A DNA stretch of 63,115 nucleotides, filler included, from Saprolegnia diclina VS20 (lineage: Eukaryota), in assembly GCF_000281045.1 (NCBI RefSeq). It is 7 parts of 4 records of this genome, joined end to end, with 100 filler letters (N's around TTAATTAATTAA, not from the genome) between each part and the next. Parts side by side here need not be neighbours in the genome. Positions count along the whole stretch, not along the records: positions 30,748 to 49,994 come from NW_008246184.1; 6 more parts are not named here. The stretch is one strand, 5' to 3'. The notes beneath the pieces are model-generated. The model made no database searches. It had not been told where the DNA came from and saw only the letters and a list, made by a program, of their open reading frames with translations. Below are positions 36,380-50,094 of the stretch, one piece after another (position 1 is the stretch's first letter; each line of letters begins with the position of its first letter). The position numbers and the translations under genes were made by a program.

Positions 36380-36666
36380 CAGTAAACCAACCATTGCGGT
36401 CGTATGTGCTTGGCAACGACTTGTGGCTTTGCATTTGTGGACGGGTTTAATATGGACCGCACCTCCAGTGCTTGATCCAGAACAAGCGTGTTTTACATTA
36501 TGCAGATGCAAGCCTTGTATCGTCGGGCTAGGATGGATTTGTCGTCATGAGTCTGCTGTACATGCAATCGACTCGATCGCTACTCCAAACCAGCCATATT
36601 ACGAGAACGACTGGACAGACACTTGTCGACCGCACGTTTTAGCGATCAAATTATATATTGTACACG

Positions 36667-38595
36667 TTACGATGCACTCGGCTTCAGAAGGAGCGACTTG
36701 GACGCTACTTTCATCGGCGGCGTGCGACTCGGGAGTGACGCCTTCTTTGCAAGCGCGTGACGGCGGCGCGTCTGGAGCCACTTGAAGCACAGCCGATTCG
36801 CATACCGCGCACAGGCAAAGAACGCAGCATACGGGTCTTCGCTTGTGTCGGTTGGGTACAGTCGCCGAAAGTGACCGAGCCGGTCCATCTCGTCCTCCAT
36901 GCTATGGACAATGTCCCAGTCGTCGTCACAGAAAAGCGCAATGTGGCCCGCATCGAGCTGCGTGATCTTGGGGTCGTGTACGACGTCAAACAGCTTGCGC
37001 GACGAGGTGCTCGGAGGTTTCTTCTTCTCACGACCGATCGCTGCACTGGGTGCTTCGTGGCCCACGAGATGGAAAATATCACTCATGAGGAGGCCCTTGA
37101 TGCGCTTGTCGAGCGGCGACGAGCCCATGAGCGACGGCGACACGTTCACTTCAATGAGCCATGGCTCTAGGCTTGCGTCGAGCATCAAGTCGAAGCCAAA
37201 GAGCTCGTAGCACGCATGTCGGTGCTTGACGTATGTTTGCGTCAAGGGCGTTATGTGCGCTTCAGCGGCAATAATGGTCTTGCAAATGATCGCATGCAGC
37301 TTGGCCTGCAACGTTGCAATGTCCTTGCCGTCTTTCTAGCACGACAATGAGGGGTAGGGCAGGGCAAGGGGAATACTTCAAGGTACGCGAGCAGCGCCGT
37401 GAGGCTCCACTTGCTGCCGTCGGTCGACGTGGGCCCGCTCGACGCTTTGAATCGCTCGTTGTTTTTATTGATGCTAAAGTTGGTCAAGTGCATGAGCCGG
37501 TTCTTGAGGTGGGCCGCCTCCGTGTCGTAGGGCACGGTGCAAAAGCGCGCGAGGCCTTCCTGAAAGAGGTAGATCCGAAGCGGATCAAAGCACGTGACGA
37601 CGACGTAGATGCGCAAGTCGAATTTGTAGCCGTGGATCAAATACGGCGATGCAAGGTACCGCTGAACAACCCACTTGCGTTTTTTCTTGAGCTGCTTTTC
37701 GAGCTACCATTTTTCATGATTTTTTAGACCAAAAGACACTGCATATTCCTATTTTACCTGCGACGAGTGGACGACCTTGATGCCACGACCGCACGCCGAC
37801 GCCGGCGGCTTGAAGATCCACATGGACGGTCCGGATTCGCGGTCGAGGCAGCGCATGAACGCATCGAGCTGCCCGGGTAGCAAGAAGCCTTCGGGCACAA
37901 AGCTGTACGCCGCTGGAAACGTCCGCTTCATGGCGCTAATGGTCTTCATGAGCCGATCTTTCCGGCCAATCACCCACGGATCAGGAAAATGGTTGATTTT
38001 CTGATGGGCTTGCAGCGCCTTGAACGCGGTCCGAGGCAAGTGCTTGATCCATGCACCCGTCCACTTTTTCCCTTTGAGAAGCCGGCGAAAGCCCGCGCGC
38101 ACAAAGGCATTCTTGACGCAGTTGCGCTCCCAGTAGCACTTGAAAAAAACAATATTGGTCTCGGCTGGGACGTCGCTCGTGCTGACACCGGCTGGGTACG
38201 TTCGCTCGACGTGCAAGTCGTGCGGATAGTCGAAACAAATCGTGGGGGTGCGATTTGGGAAGCGACTGTGCTGGAGCTTGAGCGTGCGGGGGCGCCCCCC
38301 CGTCGGCTGTTGCAGAGGCTCTTCATCGTCGTCGTCCTCTTCCTCGTCTTGGTTGATCGCATCCTCGTCCCCGTCGTCGTCGTCCAGAGCGTTCTCGGAC
38401 GGTTCACCATCGATGCTGTCGTCGTCTGCCGGTGTGTCGTCTTCGGGGGTGACACCTACGACAAGTCCATGAGAAAATAGAGATCGATCGAGGACAAACA
38501 CGCAGAATCGCACCACTCGCGACGGCTGGCGACGAGGCTTCGAGCTTGAGGCGAGAGAGCTCGAGTCGCTCCCGAAGCCCCAGCCGTGTGCTCAT
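36667..38595 (-). CDS. TTLL4: Tubulin polyglutamylase, TTLL4-like (multi-exon)
   Basis: QKINHFP..IGRKDRL, WIFKPPASACGRGI, KFDLRIYV, MHLTNFSINK, CYELFGFDLMLD, WLIEVNVSPS. Confidence 0.85.
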
Positions 38596-39879
38596 TTAAG
38601 CCAAAGGACACTACGGTTTCACGTCGTGGAATACCAATTTAAAAAGTTAATTCTTGTGTTTCGTGGGATTCGGATTGCACCGCATTTTGGTTGCACAAAT
38701 ATCTTTTGCAGATTTCCTTGTCAGGTGGTCGATTCGACCTCTGTTTGACATGCTAGCATATATCACTTCTTGCGGTGCGTTCAGTGCAGGAAAGGCGGCG
38801 TCGGGGAATGTGGCAGTCTGCCAGAGTCAATGATCGTATCGAGGGCTCGCGCGCAGAAGGAACACTACGGAATGGAAACCCAATATGTTGCAAGGTCGCC
38901 AAGCGTTCAACCCACAGCTCCAACGACGCAACATGGTCGACTTTGAGCTTTGGTTGGTGCGTAACTGCATCGAAATTCCGCCACGGAGCACTGGGGCTAC
39001 GAGGGTGGCCATGGTGGGGATGTGCCACATCGGTCCGCTCGGTCCGCTGTCAGTGGAAAAGCCTGCTATCGTGATACGAGTGCAAGCGGCCAGTGCACGG
39101 GGGTTGTGCACGACATGTACTATCTCTCGAACTCCACAACCCACCGCCCTGTCGTCGTGACCTCCAATGCACCATGACGCCTGTCGCTTGGTACCGACGC
39201 TTTCTATTGCCCCACGTCCTTGAAGTGCCCCGTCTAGTCGACACGCTGCTTTTCCAACATCCAAGATGCAGCCGCCATCAAGTGCACTTTGGCTGGCGTC
39301 CGTCGCTTGCTCCCTGCAAAAACCTATCTTCGAATAGAGCACATCCACCGAAATGGATGGAGATCCCATGCGTACAGGTGGCGAGCCGACCCGACGACGC
39401 CACTGTGATGTGGCTGACGATGTATGAAATTTAGAAAGGGCTCCGGAACGTCGCGGCCACATCTCTGAGCCGCACATCCTTTCGTCAGCCAGTACACATG
39501 GGTGGCATTGCGCTTGATCTTCTAAGAGCTCCGCACGGCTACTCGTCGTCCACCTCTGCCTTTAGGCCTGCCAGATTCATGCAAACAGGAGTGCTTTCTC
39601 GTGTACCGTCCTATCGGAATCTAGCGTGTACACTACATGTTGATCGTCTACGCCGTCATCATGGTCAAGTCAAGGACAGGGCTATAGTGCGACGCCGATG
39701 CAATGAAACCGAATGCAAGGGCAAGAGCGCGGAGGATGCGCACCCATCGGGCGTCACTGTGGACTTGATCGGGTGCGATTACACGAGCGAAAGGGCAACC
39801 AGATGGTTTGGGAAGCGTATCACCTTGTATTGATGTGGCGCTTGGGCCAGCGCGTGTGTTTTGGTTTCCAGTTTAAAAA

Positions 39880-40140
39880 ATGTCGTCCAGCGCACAGAAG
39901 AAACGAGTGCTCACCAAAGTGCAGCTCGAGACGAACCGCGTGCGCTCGAAAAAGTATTATGAAGATAATCGCGACTCGGTCTTGGCCAAGCTCCGACTGC
40001 ACTACATTGAGAACCGCGAGAAGGAGCGCAAACGCCAGCGTGAAAAGTACCTCCGCATCAAAGCGCGCAAGCGCGCGGCCAAAGAAGCGACCAAGACGCT
40101 GCCGTGCAATCCGCTCAGCATCGCGTTCCTTCTCAACTGA
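39880..40140 (+). CDS. Small basic helical protein (86 aa), putative nucleic-acid binding, ending PLSIAFLLN
   Basis: Compact ORF with GC3-biased codons and Y/R/K repeats (KKYYEDNRD..HYIENREKERKRQREKY). Confidence 0.65.
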   Translation: MSSSAQKKRVLTKVQLETNRVRSKKYYEDNRDSVLAKLRLHYIENREKERKRQREKYLRIKARKRAAKEATKTLPCNPLSIAFLLN

Positions 40141-42291
40141 CGATAGCATCCTCGATCGAGTCGAGGTTAGTATTTATCACAGCATCGAGCGAGCAGTGCG
40201 CCATCGTCGGTAAACAAAAGGTCAAGCGTTCAACTTCCTTACGACCTCTGTGTTGACGTCGTCGATGGCTCACAAGCACGACGGGGCCAGTTGCAAGCGC
40301 TCCGTTGTCGCTGGCCATTGGAACCACGCCGCCATGAGGGAGACATCACCAGCCATAGAGCTTCGGTCCAATTAATGGTGCAAAACCCAAGCTGCTCCCA
40401 GAAAGTCATAAGTACGTGAAGTGAAGCGAAGAGCCACACATTTCACCTTGTGCAATCCCATCAAACACAAAATTGGTGAGATTTCTCCAAGGTTGTGTCG
40501 TTGCGTCTGTGTCGTAGAAAGGTGCGCGAGAGGCGGACGCGACGCAGCTCGTGCTGACGCCGTCGGTATTGTTGTCCGACACGACTATGTACGCAAGGCT
40601 TTGCAGTATTATGCGCGGCAATGGCATTCGGTCCCAACTCGGAGTTGAAAACACTCGGCGGGTGTTCTTACGCAGCGGTTGGTCGGTGAACTGATTCATC
40701 AACTACGTGCGCACCGTTGCGTGGCGGTACGTCTGTCGCCAGTGGCGTCACGAGTGGTTCAGGCGACCAAAAAGCCCGTTTTGCTAGCCCCATTTTCTGA
40801 AAGGTGCGTGAATTACAGGAAAAATTCCCTGGGAGATTGGGAACGAAATAGTACCTTGGAACGAACGTCCTCGCAGTGCAGATTGAGTCGAAGGTGGGGC
40901 ATATAGGGTAACCACGCTGTTTGTTGTTGTTGAAGTGGGGCCTCGATTAAAATCGATATAAATACGCAATAATTGCAGGTTTTCCCCCGATTTGTGCATT
41001 GGTTGAGGAACTGAGCTAGGCAGGTGGAGGCAGGAGCGCGATCCGCGGGGCGCAGCCACTCGTGTTGCGCGAGGAGCTGGCGAAGCCGACGAAGAGCAAA
41101 AACGGCGCTTTTGTACCTACACAACCAAGACGAAAGCACCACGTGATTTGCACGGCTTTGTTGAGAAGCACTAAATGTCCACACCATGAACTCTAGTAGA
41201 AGCGATTCGATGTGGGCACACAACTTGGTCCATCACCGTTTGCAGCATGATATTGAGATTTGGCGGGACTGATGGTTTCTATAACATATGGTAGGGCTTC
41301 CTCGTCGCTGCGACAGTCGACTCTTTAATGACTTCTCCGACAATACCAAGTCGACGCAAACCCTTTGTGCATTCCTTTCTTGGACTCAAGTACGTCGTTC
41401 TACCTGCGCGTCCTAGCCGTGCCTCGTTGGATCGAACGGTTCTGTTGGCTATCCGGATACTTCCGTTTAATTACCTTGTTCAGTACCATTACACCTTTGC
41501 ACGACGCCGACACCACATTGTCGCACGACGACGACGATGGCAATGCCACAGAAACCATCAGCGCACGACCATTCGTACGCTCTGCGCCTCCTTCCAGCTT
41601 GTTCGTCGACTACGTGTCCAAGGACTGAGAGAATGCGACGGCGGTGTATCCATCATCCTTGACGCGAAATCTCGCTTCGTCCCAGATTAGCCTACGCAAG
41701 AAACTTGCCACCAGTTGTGCCTTCGACTTGTGAGCAGCGTGGCACCACTCGGTAGTCGAAGCCCTAACGTTAGATCGTCAAGACTCCGCAGCTTCATGGT
41801 CATGGTTCCTCACGTCCATTCGCTGCCTCCACCATCTAGCTCTGAGCCGAACCCACGGAAATACTGGTACTAGTACGGACTAGTACTCAGTAAACTCGAA
41901 CGCCCAAAACATCGAAGAGGCCACGATCTGTTCATTCCGCTTGCCACCTATAACGTCAATAAGGTGACGGTGATCACGCGCAGGGACATGCCACTGCAAC
42001 ATACCAGACATGCGAGATGCAACCATGGCACAACTCTACTTGTGCACCAGCGTGGAGCGACCGCGAGCAGTGGTTGCAATCGCAGTTGGTCCAGGAAGTC
42101 TTGGCATGCATTTGCAGCTACAGTCGCTTGGCTGCTCGGTCCGTGCAGCTTGGTGCGTAGCGTCATAATGACCAGGAGCATTCGATGCGAAAGGGCGTCG
42201 CGCCTGGGTGCACGTTGATTGGTTCTGTACTATCTAGGCGAATTCCTATCCGGTCAGGTTGGATATTCCATTTCGCCCATTTTGCAACACG

Positions 42292-44669
42292 ATGGCAGAC
42301 TACATGGCGATCACGTCGCCACGCGACGGCCTCACGAAGCGGTACCTGACGATCCCGGTCGTCAACACGAACGAGGTCGGGCCGAGCTTCCTGTACCCGA
42401 CCAAGGACTGCGGCTACGAGGACGTCACGGCGCCGGACGACGACCTGCGCGCGATCCGCGACAAGCTCAACAAGCCCAAGCACCTTCTGAGCGAGTGGCC
42501 CGCGACCGCCATCTCGGGCAACGACCTCTTAGGCTCGGTCCTCTACTCGGCGGGCATCGTCGCCAGCAAGGCCGGCTGCCTCTCGCCCGTGCACAAATAT
42601 CTTTTGCAGATTTCCTTGTCAGGTGGTCGATTCGACCTCTGTTTGACATGTACTACATGGTCTCGCTCGTCTTGTACCTCTTCCGGTTCATTTACGAAGA
42701 AGTCGTGACCGCGATTCCCATGAACGGCGGGTCGTACAACTGCCTTTTGAACGCGACCTCGAAGCGCGTTGCGGCCGTCGCCGCCTGTCTGAGCATCCTC
42801 GCGTACCTCGCAACGGCCGTCGTCTCGGCCACGTCGGCCTGCTACTACCTCCAGACGCAGGTTCATCTTCCTATGTATGCGTATCAACCTAACGGTCTAG
42901 TATGCATTAGGTGCCAGGACTGCCCGTGCTCGGCACGTCGATTGCGCTCCTGGGAGTGTTCGGCCTCTTGAACATCATTGGCATCTCCGAGTCGTCGATC
43001 GTCGCGCTCGTGATCTTTGGCCTGCATGCGCTGACGCTGACGGTCGTTGCCGTCGCCAGCCTCATCTTTATGGTACATTTTCTACGGCTTTTGTTGGAGA
43101 TTCGATTATAAAATATGAACTAGATTCACCACCCGGACGTGATCCAAGCCAACTACAAACGGCCATTCCCCGACGTTGACTTTGTCGGGAGTATTGTCTC
43201 TGGCAATTTCATGACGGCGCTTTTTTTCGGCTTTTCGGCGTCGATGCTCGGCGTCACCGGGTTTGAAACCTCGGCCAACTTTGTCGAAGAGCAAAAGCCC
43301 GGCGTGTTTCGCAAGACGATGCGGGTACGTACTTTATATCTTTTGTCCTCTCGTATACTAGTACGTATGACAAAATTGAACTAGAACATGTGGATGCTTG
43401 CGTCGGTCTACAACATTTCGCTGGCGATTTTGAGTCTCGGCGTGCTCCCGATCGACGTCATGATGGCCAACCCGAGTGTCGTGCTGGCGCAAATGGGCCT
43501 CGCGGCCGGTGGTCACTGGCTTCAGCTCTGGGTCGCGATCGACGCGTTCATCGTCTTGTCGGCCGGCGTCCTCACGGGCTATGTGGGCATCACAGGTATG
43601 CCATTTTTCTGATTTGTCCGAAAATTCAAAATTTTCTGAAAATTCCTGATTTTGTGCCAGTATTGATGACCTCTTATTAGGGCTCATTCGGCGCTTGAGC
43701 AACGACCGCGTCATGCCCGAGTTTCTCAGCTACGAAAACCCGTGGCGCCACACGCCGCACAACATTTCGATTTCGTTTTTTGTCATTGGGTCGAGTCTCA
43801 TTCTGGCGCTCGACGCCGACGCGACCATGCTTGGCAACGTCTTTACCTTTGCGTTCCTCTCGATGATGTTTCTCTTTGGCTTTGGCTGCATCATGCTCAA
43901 GCTCAAGCGCCAAGACATCCCCCGCGCGGTCCACGCGCCATGGTGGACGTGTATTCTTGGCTGTACGCTGGTCGTGCTCGGGTACTTTGGGTCGCTCCTC
44001 GGCGACCCCAAAGTGTTGCTGGTGTTCTTCCTCTACTTTATGGTCATTGCCGCCATCGTCTTTTCGATGATTGAGCGCATGATGGTGCTCCGGTGCCTCA
44101 TCTTCCTCGTGCACATGGTGTGCGGCAAGGAAGCGCCGGTCGAGACCGACCCGATCGCCGATGTCGAGGCCAACGTTCTTCCGCGCGTCCAGCAGCACAC
44201 GGACGACGACAACGACCGCAGCAGTCTCGCAACTACGACCAAGCACAAGTTTTACGAGCACGATACGCACCGCGTCGCAATGCTCACACGGACGATCAAG
44301 CGCATCAACTCGCGGCCAATGGTGTTTTTTGTCAAGGACAACAACCTCGTTCTTATCAACAAGGCCATTCTGTATGTCCGGAGCAACGAGATCACGCACT
44401 ACATGCGGTTCTTTCACGTGTACGCCGACGACGATGCAGCGACACGCGCCCGGCTTGCCGAGCTCCGGGACATCATCACCATGTTTGACGGTGTGTACCC
44501 AAAGCTGCACTTGGACTTTGTGTCGGTGCACGGGCAGTTTGATCCGGCGACGATTCTTTGGATTGCCGACGAGTACAAGATCCCGACCAACTTTATGTTT
44601 ATCAAGCAACCGAGCAACATTGCAGTCCACAAGGTCTCGTCGCTCGGCGTCCGCGTCATTACAGGGTAA
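42292..44669 (+). CDS. APC-family amino acid permease 1 (multi-exon; frameshifted by insertion at 42590-42650, possible pseudogene)
   Basis: ATAISGND, YEEVVTAIPMNGGSYN, GVTGFETSANFVEEQ, INKAILYVRSNE; insertion breaks the frame. Confidence 0.8.
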
Positions 44670-46477
44670 CAACCTTAACGAGTCGTCTACTGTTGGATGC
44701 ACAAAGTGCTCTTCTTGTTCGGAGAGAGCAAGTGCCGGGCGCGATCCCAGTGTCGTTGCTTGCTTTTGTTGCAACTGGACAGTTTGTCGGAACTATGCTC
44801 GAGAGACGACAGACACACTGTTTACCGTCGCCCTCTCAGCGTCACACCCGTCGCCATCTATACGGATATGCGCTGGACGTGTCGGTGTAGGATCGCGACT
44901 TGCTGTCGGGGTAAGGTTTCTTCTATACGTGGGCGAGCTACGTGGGCGTGAAGTGACCAAAGTTGGGTGGCCATGGACCTGAGGATGTTGACGACGACTG
45001 CACATCTCTTGCCAACGCACCTGTCGGTCACCGGCTTGTGCTGCAACAAAGGATTTCATACTTCGCTGCAGCTACGAGGCTGATCGTAGGTACCCGTGTC
45101 CGTTGCCATGCCCCGCGCTCCGCTGTGTGAAGTCGAGCCACCGATGGTTGGAGGCCATTAAGGAGCAAGACATCCTTTGCTCGGGGCCGCCCCTCTGTTC
45201 GGTTGTTGAGCGCCGCCTTGACCATCGACGAGTACCAGCCTGTGACAGACCACGAACGCATCCAACGACCTCGTGAGCGTGGCCATCGACCGTGGGCAGT
45301 GTCCAACACATCGTTATGGGAGGTAGGACGTCACCCTAGTGCGTCATATAGAGCCTGTAGAAGCGGTACCTACGCATCCAAGGAGCTCCATGGCACCCAT
45401 CTCTTCCATAAACTCATACTGCAACCGCTCCTTTTGCGAGGCGCTTCCAATGTGCACCTGATAGCAGGTGTAAAGTCAAGCTACAATACATGCGCTCGAT
45501 ATGGCCGCTGCTGCTAGGGAAGCTTCGAGCCAAGAGTCTCACCTGCGTATCGACAGATCTTGAAGAGCAACCGCGAGTGGATACGTTGCATGGTTTGGAA
45601 GTGGTGGGGCATTTTGTATGGTCGAGTTAGTCAACGTGGGTGGGTCGCTGACCATAATGACGGCCGTGGCGATGCTGGCCGTGATGGTGGGGCGATCGGG
45701 AGAGATACCCAACCTTTCTTTCGAAGCGAGATGTGGCGCCTGGCGCCACTGCCGCGTGGGACAGACCGCAGCCAGGACTTCAAGGACAAAGGTCAAAAGT
45801 CCCAAAACAGCTGGTCCACAAACATGGGTGGAGGATCATTACGCTCGCGCCACATCCAATTCCTGAAGGAAATGCACAAGTGCGCGTGTGGACGACAGCG
45901 GCACGGGTGTACGTTGCTGGACACCACGAAGCTATGACTAGGACTGGATGCTTTGACTTGCTTGTTCGCCACGCAGGACCAGAGACGACGCTCGATCCTG
46001 GCTGCACCAGATGGTGCAGTGTCCACTGCCAGAGTGGGATGACACATCACACGGCTTGGGCCGGGACATGCGGTTTCTTCCATGATATGGCCGGCGCAAG
46101 CTCGTACGTCGGACCTTAAACGAGCGGTCCAGAGCCGTCGTGTTGTGAGCTCGGCTCCTCTTGTCGGTGGCCGACGCAACTAGCGAGCGCATATTTGCCT
46201 ATTCGACTGGACGCGTCCTCGGATGCTTGGGTGTGGGTGCACATGCAGCATCTCCTGGGTGGTTCATCCATCTCTCTAGAGTTGGATCGAGCCACATCGG
46301 TGCGCCACATCGGGGCGATCTCAACCGTGTCTTTTTTGGGCTGATGGATAGGTACAAGGTGGACGTGTCGACAGCGAGCACATCGTTAACGTCTCTGAAT
46401 TCGGTCACGAGTGCGACGGTCGTTCGTGTCCAGAGAGTGGTCGCGTCACCAAACATTTCCGCGGAAACAACCTCGTT

Positions 46478-46493
46478 TCACTTTTCAATTTGC
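46478..46493 (+). promoter_or_regulatory. Oomycete INR+FPR core promoter element
   Basis: TCACTTTTCAATTTGC ~25 nt upstream of ATG 46517 fits the YCAYTYYNNAWTTTNY pattern. Confidence 0.65.
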
Positions 46494-46516
46494 TCGGCCG
46501 ACGACTTCACCAGAGC

Positions 46517-48620
46517 ATGGCGACGCCCCAAGCCGTGTACACCCAGCATTGCGATAGCCCGGCCAAGCCGGTGCGGAAGCGCACGTTCCAGATCACGCTC
46601 AAGGAAGACGCGACGGCCGGCCCGTCGTTCATCTACCCGAGCGAGCTCGGCAAGCACGAGAACCTCCACCCGAGCGACGCCGAGCTCGAAGGCATCCGCG
46701 AAAAGCTCAACAAGCCCCGGCATCTTTTGAGCCAATGGCCGGCCACGTCGATTGCCGGCAACGACATTCTCTCGAGTGTGCTCTACTCGGCTGGTCTCGT
46801 CACGCTCAAGGCTGGACGACTCGCACCGATTGCGATGGTGTTTGTGTCGTTTGTGCTCTACATGTTTCGCTTCATTTACGAAGAAGTGGTCACGGCCATT
46901 CCGCTCAACGGCGGCTCGTACAACTGCCTTTTGAACACGACGTCCAAGCGCGTCGCATCCTTCGCCGCGGTGTTGAGTATCATGGCGTACATGGCGACGG
47001 CGGTCGTGTCCGGGACATCGGCGTGCTACTACCTTCAGTCGGTCGTGCCCGACGTCCCGGTGGTGCCCACGACGGTCGGTGTCCTCGGCGCGTTTGCCTG
47101 CCTCACGCTGCTCGGCATCACCGAGTCATCGATCGTCGCACTCTGCATCTTTAGCTTCCACGTCACAACGCTCACGATCCTCGGTGTCGCCTGCCTCATC
47201 CATGTGGTAAAACGCTCGTCGTAGAAAGTGCAATCTCATATCTTTTGCGTGTTTTTAGATCCAGAACCCCGAGATCTTCAAGGCCAACATGCACACGCCG
47301 TTCCCGAACGTCGACTTTGTCGGCTCGCAGATCGAAGGCAGCTGGTTCACGGCGCTCTTCTTTGGCTTCTCGGCGTCGATGCTCGGTGTCACCGGCTACG
47401 AAACGTCGTCCAACTACGTCGAAGACCAAGCGCCCGGCGTCTTTCGCAAGACAATGCGCAACATGTGGGCGTTCTCGTCGTGCTACAACTTTTTCCTCGC
47501 GTGGATGGGCCTCGGCATGCTGCCGGTTTACGGCGAAGAGGGTTTGATTGCCAAGAAGGACACGGTCTTGTCCGTCATGGGCTTTCTGGCCGGCGGCTCG
47601 TGGCTTCAGTGGCTCGTCTCGATCAATGCGTTTGTGGTTTTGTCTGGCGCCGTCTTGACGTCGTATGTGGGTATGACGGGTCTCGTCCGTCGCCTCGCGT
47701 CCGACCGCGTCATGCCAGCATTCTTTGCGGCTGAGAACAAGTGGCGCGGCACCAACCACTGGATCATCCTCGCCTTCTTCCTCCTCACGGCGTCGCTCGT
47801 CATCATCTCGGATGGCAACAACGTCGTGCTCTCGGGTGTCTACACCTACTCGTTCTTGTCCATGATGTTCCTCTTTGCGATGGGCTGCATGATGCTCAAG
47901 ATCAAGCGCCAAGACATTCCGCGCGACGTCCAAGCGCCGTGGTGGACCTGCATCCTGGGTGCAACCATGATTGCGATCGGGTACTTTGGCATCCTCCTCG
48001 GCGACCCGACCGTGCTCATGTACTTTGCCTACTACGCGCTTGGCGTCGGCTTTCTTGTCTACTCGATGCTGGCGCGCGTGACCGTCCTTCGCTGCGTCAT
48101 CTTCCTCGTCAACATGGTCTGCCCGTCCCGCGCCAAGAAGGACATTCCCGCTGACGTCGCGCTCGAAGCCGACGTCGTCGTCAAGGAAGACAACATTCGC
48201 TTCTTCGAGCGCGAGAACAAGCGCGTGTCGATGCTCGTCAAGACCATCAAGTCGATCAAGGAGCAGCCATTTGTCTTCTTCATCAAGAGCGCCGACCTCA
48301 CAGTGCTCAACAAGGTCATCTTGTATGTCCGCAGCAACGAGATGACCGAGACGCTCCGGTTCGTGCACGTCTACCCCGAGGCGACAGACGACGCAATGGC
48401 CAACATTGAGTCGCTCAAGGAGATGATTGCGCTCTTTGACCGGATTTACCCCAAACTCCGCACAGATTTCGTGTCGATTTGCGGGCATTTTGACGCGGCG
48501 ACCGTCACGTGGCTAGCCAACGAGTACCAGATGCCGACCAACATGATGTTCATCAAGCAGCCGACGACGATGGACGCCAAGGGTGTCTCGTGCTGCGGCG
48601 TGCGCATCATCACGGGCTAA
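46517..48620 (+). CDS. APC-family amino acid permease 2 (one intron ~47207-47258)
   Basis: Intact paralog: ATSIAGND, NGGSYNCLLN, GVTGYETSSNYVEDQ, LNKVILYVRSNE, ends GVRIITG*. Confidence 0.9.
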
Positions 48621-49164
48621 GTTTTAGTCGTGTCAACCATTTAGACAGTGTGTCGTCGTGTGCCATAAATATACTAGTACAATTGTATTGACTGGAAAAC
48701 ACCTCTCACCAGCCTTTTATATACTAATTAGTGTCAATGGCGCTGGGACGCAAGGAAATAGAATCGAAGCATGTCGGATGATGCGACTGCCAGAGAGGCT
48801 CGAAGCGGCTGCCGATCGTGGTGCGAAAAAGCGGTCGATACCATATTATTAGAGGCAACTCAAACAGCCCCAGCTGTGCGTTTCAGACTGACCACGTTCA
48901 TAGCCGATGCAGTACGTAAAGGCTTCGGGCGACTTTGCAACTCGTCCGATCGAAGCGGTTGTCGGCAGAGAAATAGCGGCTTGCGTTGCTTCACAAGGCG
49001 ATGTCCGCGGAGGATCGAAGTGGGTCCCAGGCGTTTTCAGGAGGATTTGGGTCCACGACCGCAACACCCACCGTGTCACTTGACAAAATGCTCCCGTCGC
49101 CCATCAGCAGCAGCAAATTGCCCGACGAAGTGCCGACGTACGCGCCAGCGGCGTCGCCACGCGA

Positions 49165-49600
49165 GCAGTCTGAACGGTGGCTCGTACAGCTGCCTCCTCA
49201 ACACAACCTCCAAGCGATTTGCATCGGTCGCTTCGTGTCTGAGAGTCCTTTTACTCGTGGCGATGGCTGTTGTCTCTGGGTCGTCGGTGAGCTTGTATTT
49301 GCAGTCACAGGTGTGTCCTTTTGCGTATGCACGTTTGAAACTTTGTCGAAGACCACCAACCCGATGTCTTTCGCAAGACGCTTTGGGTGCGTCATTTCTT
49401 CCGTCTTGTGACAGCAGCATTCATCTAGATCTAGAACATGTGGGCGTGTGCCTCCTTTCTCAACTTTTGGCTCTTGTTCCTGAGCCTCGGCGTCCTTCCG
49501 CTTGAAGCGTCAAGATGTTGACAAAATATCCTCTTGGTTAGAAGTATCTGCCAGAGACGTTGACCAAACACACAACGGCATCTAGGGACCGCGTGGCTTC
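49165..49600 (+). pseudogene. Internally deleted APC permease pseudogene
   Basis: Fragments LNGGSYSCLLNTTSKRFASVA..YLQSQ, NFVEDHQPDVFRKT and NMWACAS..LSLGVLP are juxtaposed with large deletions. Confidence 0.8.
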
Positions 49601-50094
49601 TGTACTTGCGAGGTACCGGCTCCGTGCAAGACTCCTGGCGTCCCACTTGACGCGAATCCGTGGCCATCGTCAAGGGTCAATAATCAGATTATTGACCCTT
49701 GCCACCATTGTGACCGAAATCGGTGCATGCGTGAAACCGTCATGACGTGGCAAGCGCACCTGCGTCGTCCTCAGTAGTTGCTGCCACCGTGGCGGCACAG
49801 AAGCACGCATGGATCCAACCAAGGGTCAATTGACCCTTGATCCAACTCAATCCCGAGCCCCGATCAGCTTGACGTACCGGCCAAACCTCACGAGCGCACT
49901 GGGAAGTCCACCATCTTCACTGTATAATTGCATGTTAATAACTCATTTCAACAACGCATGGATCCGTGGCAAGCTCGGCAGTGGTCCTCCGATTNNNNNN
50001 NNNNNNNNNNNNNNNNNNNNNNNNNNNNNNNNNNNNNNTTAATTAATTAANNNNNNNNNNNNNNNNNNNNNNNNNNNNNNNNNNNNNNNNNNNN

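Noticed and set aside
40239..41223. Short minus-strand ORFs possibly from a decayed F-box/LRR gene
   Set aside because: No convincing motif; cannot be supported without a search
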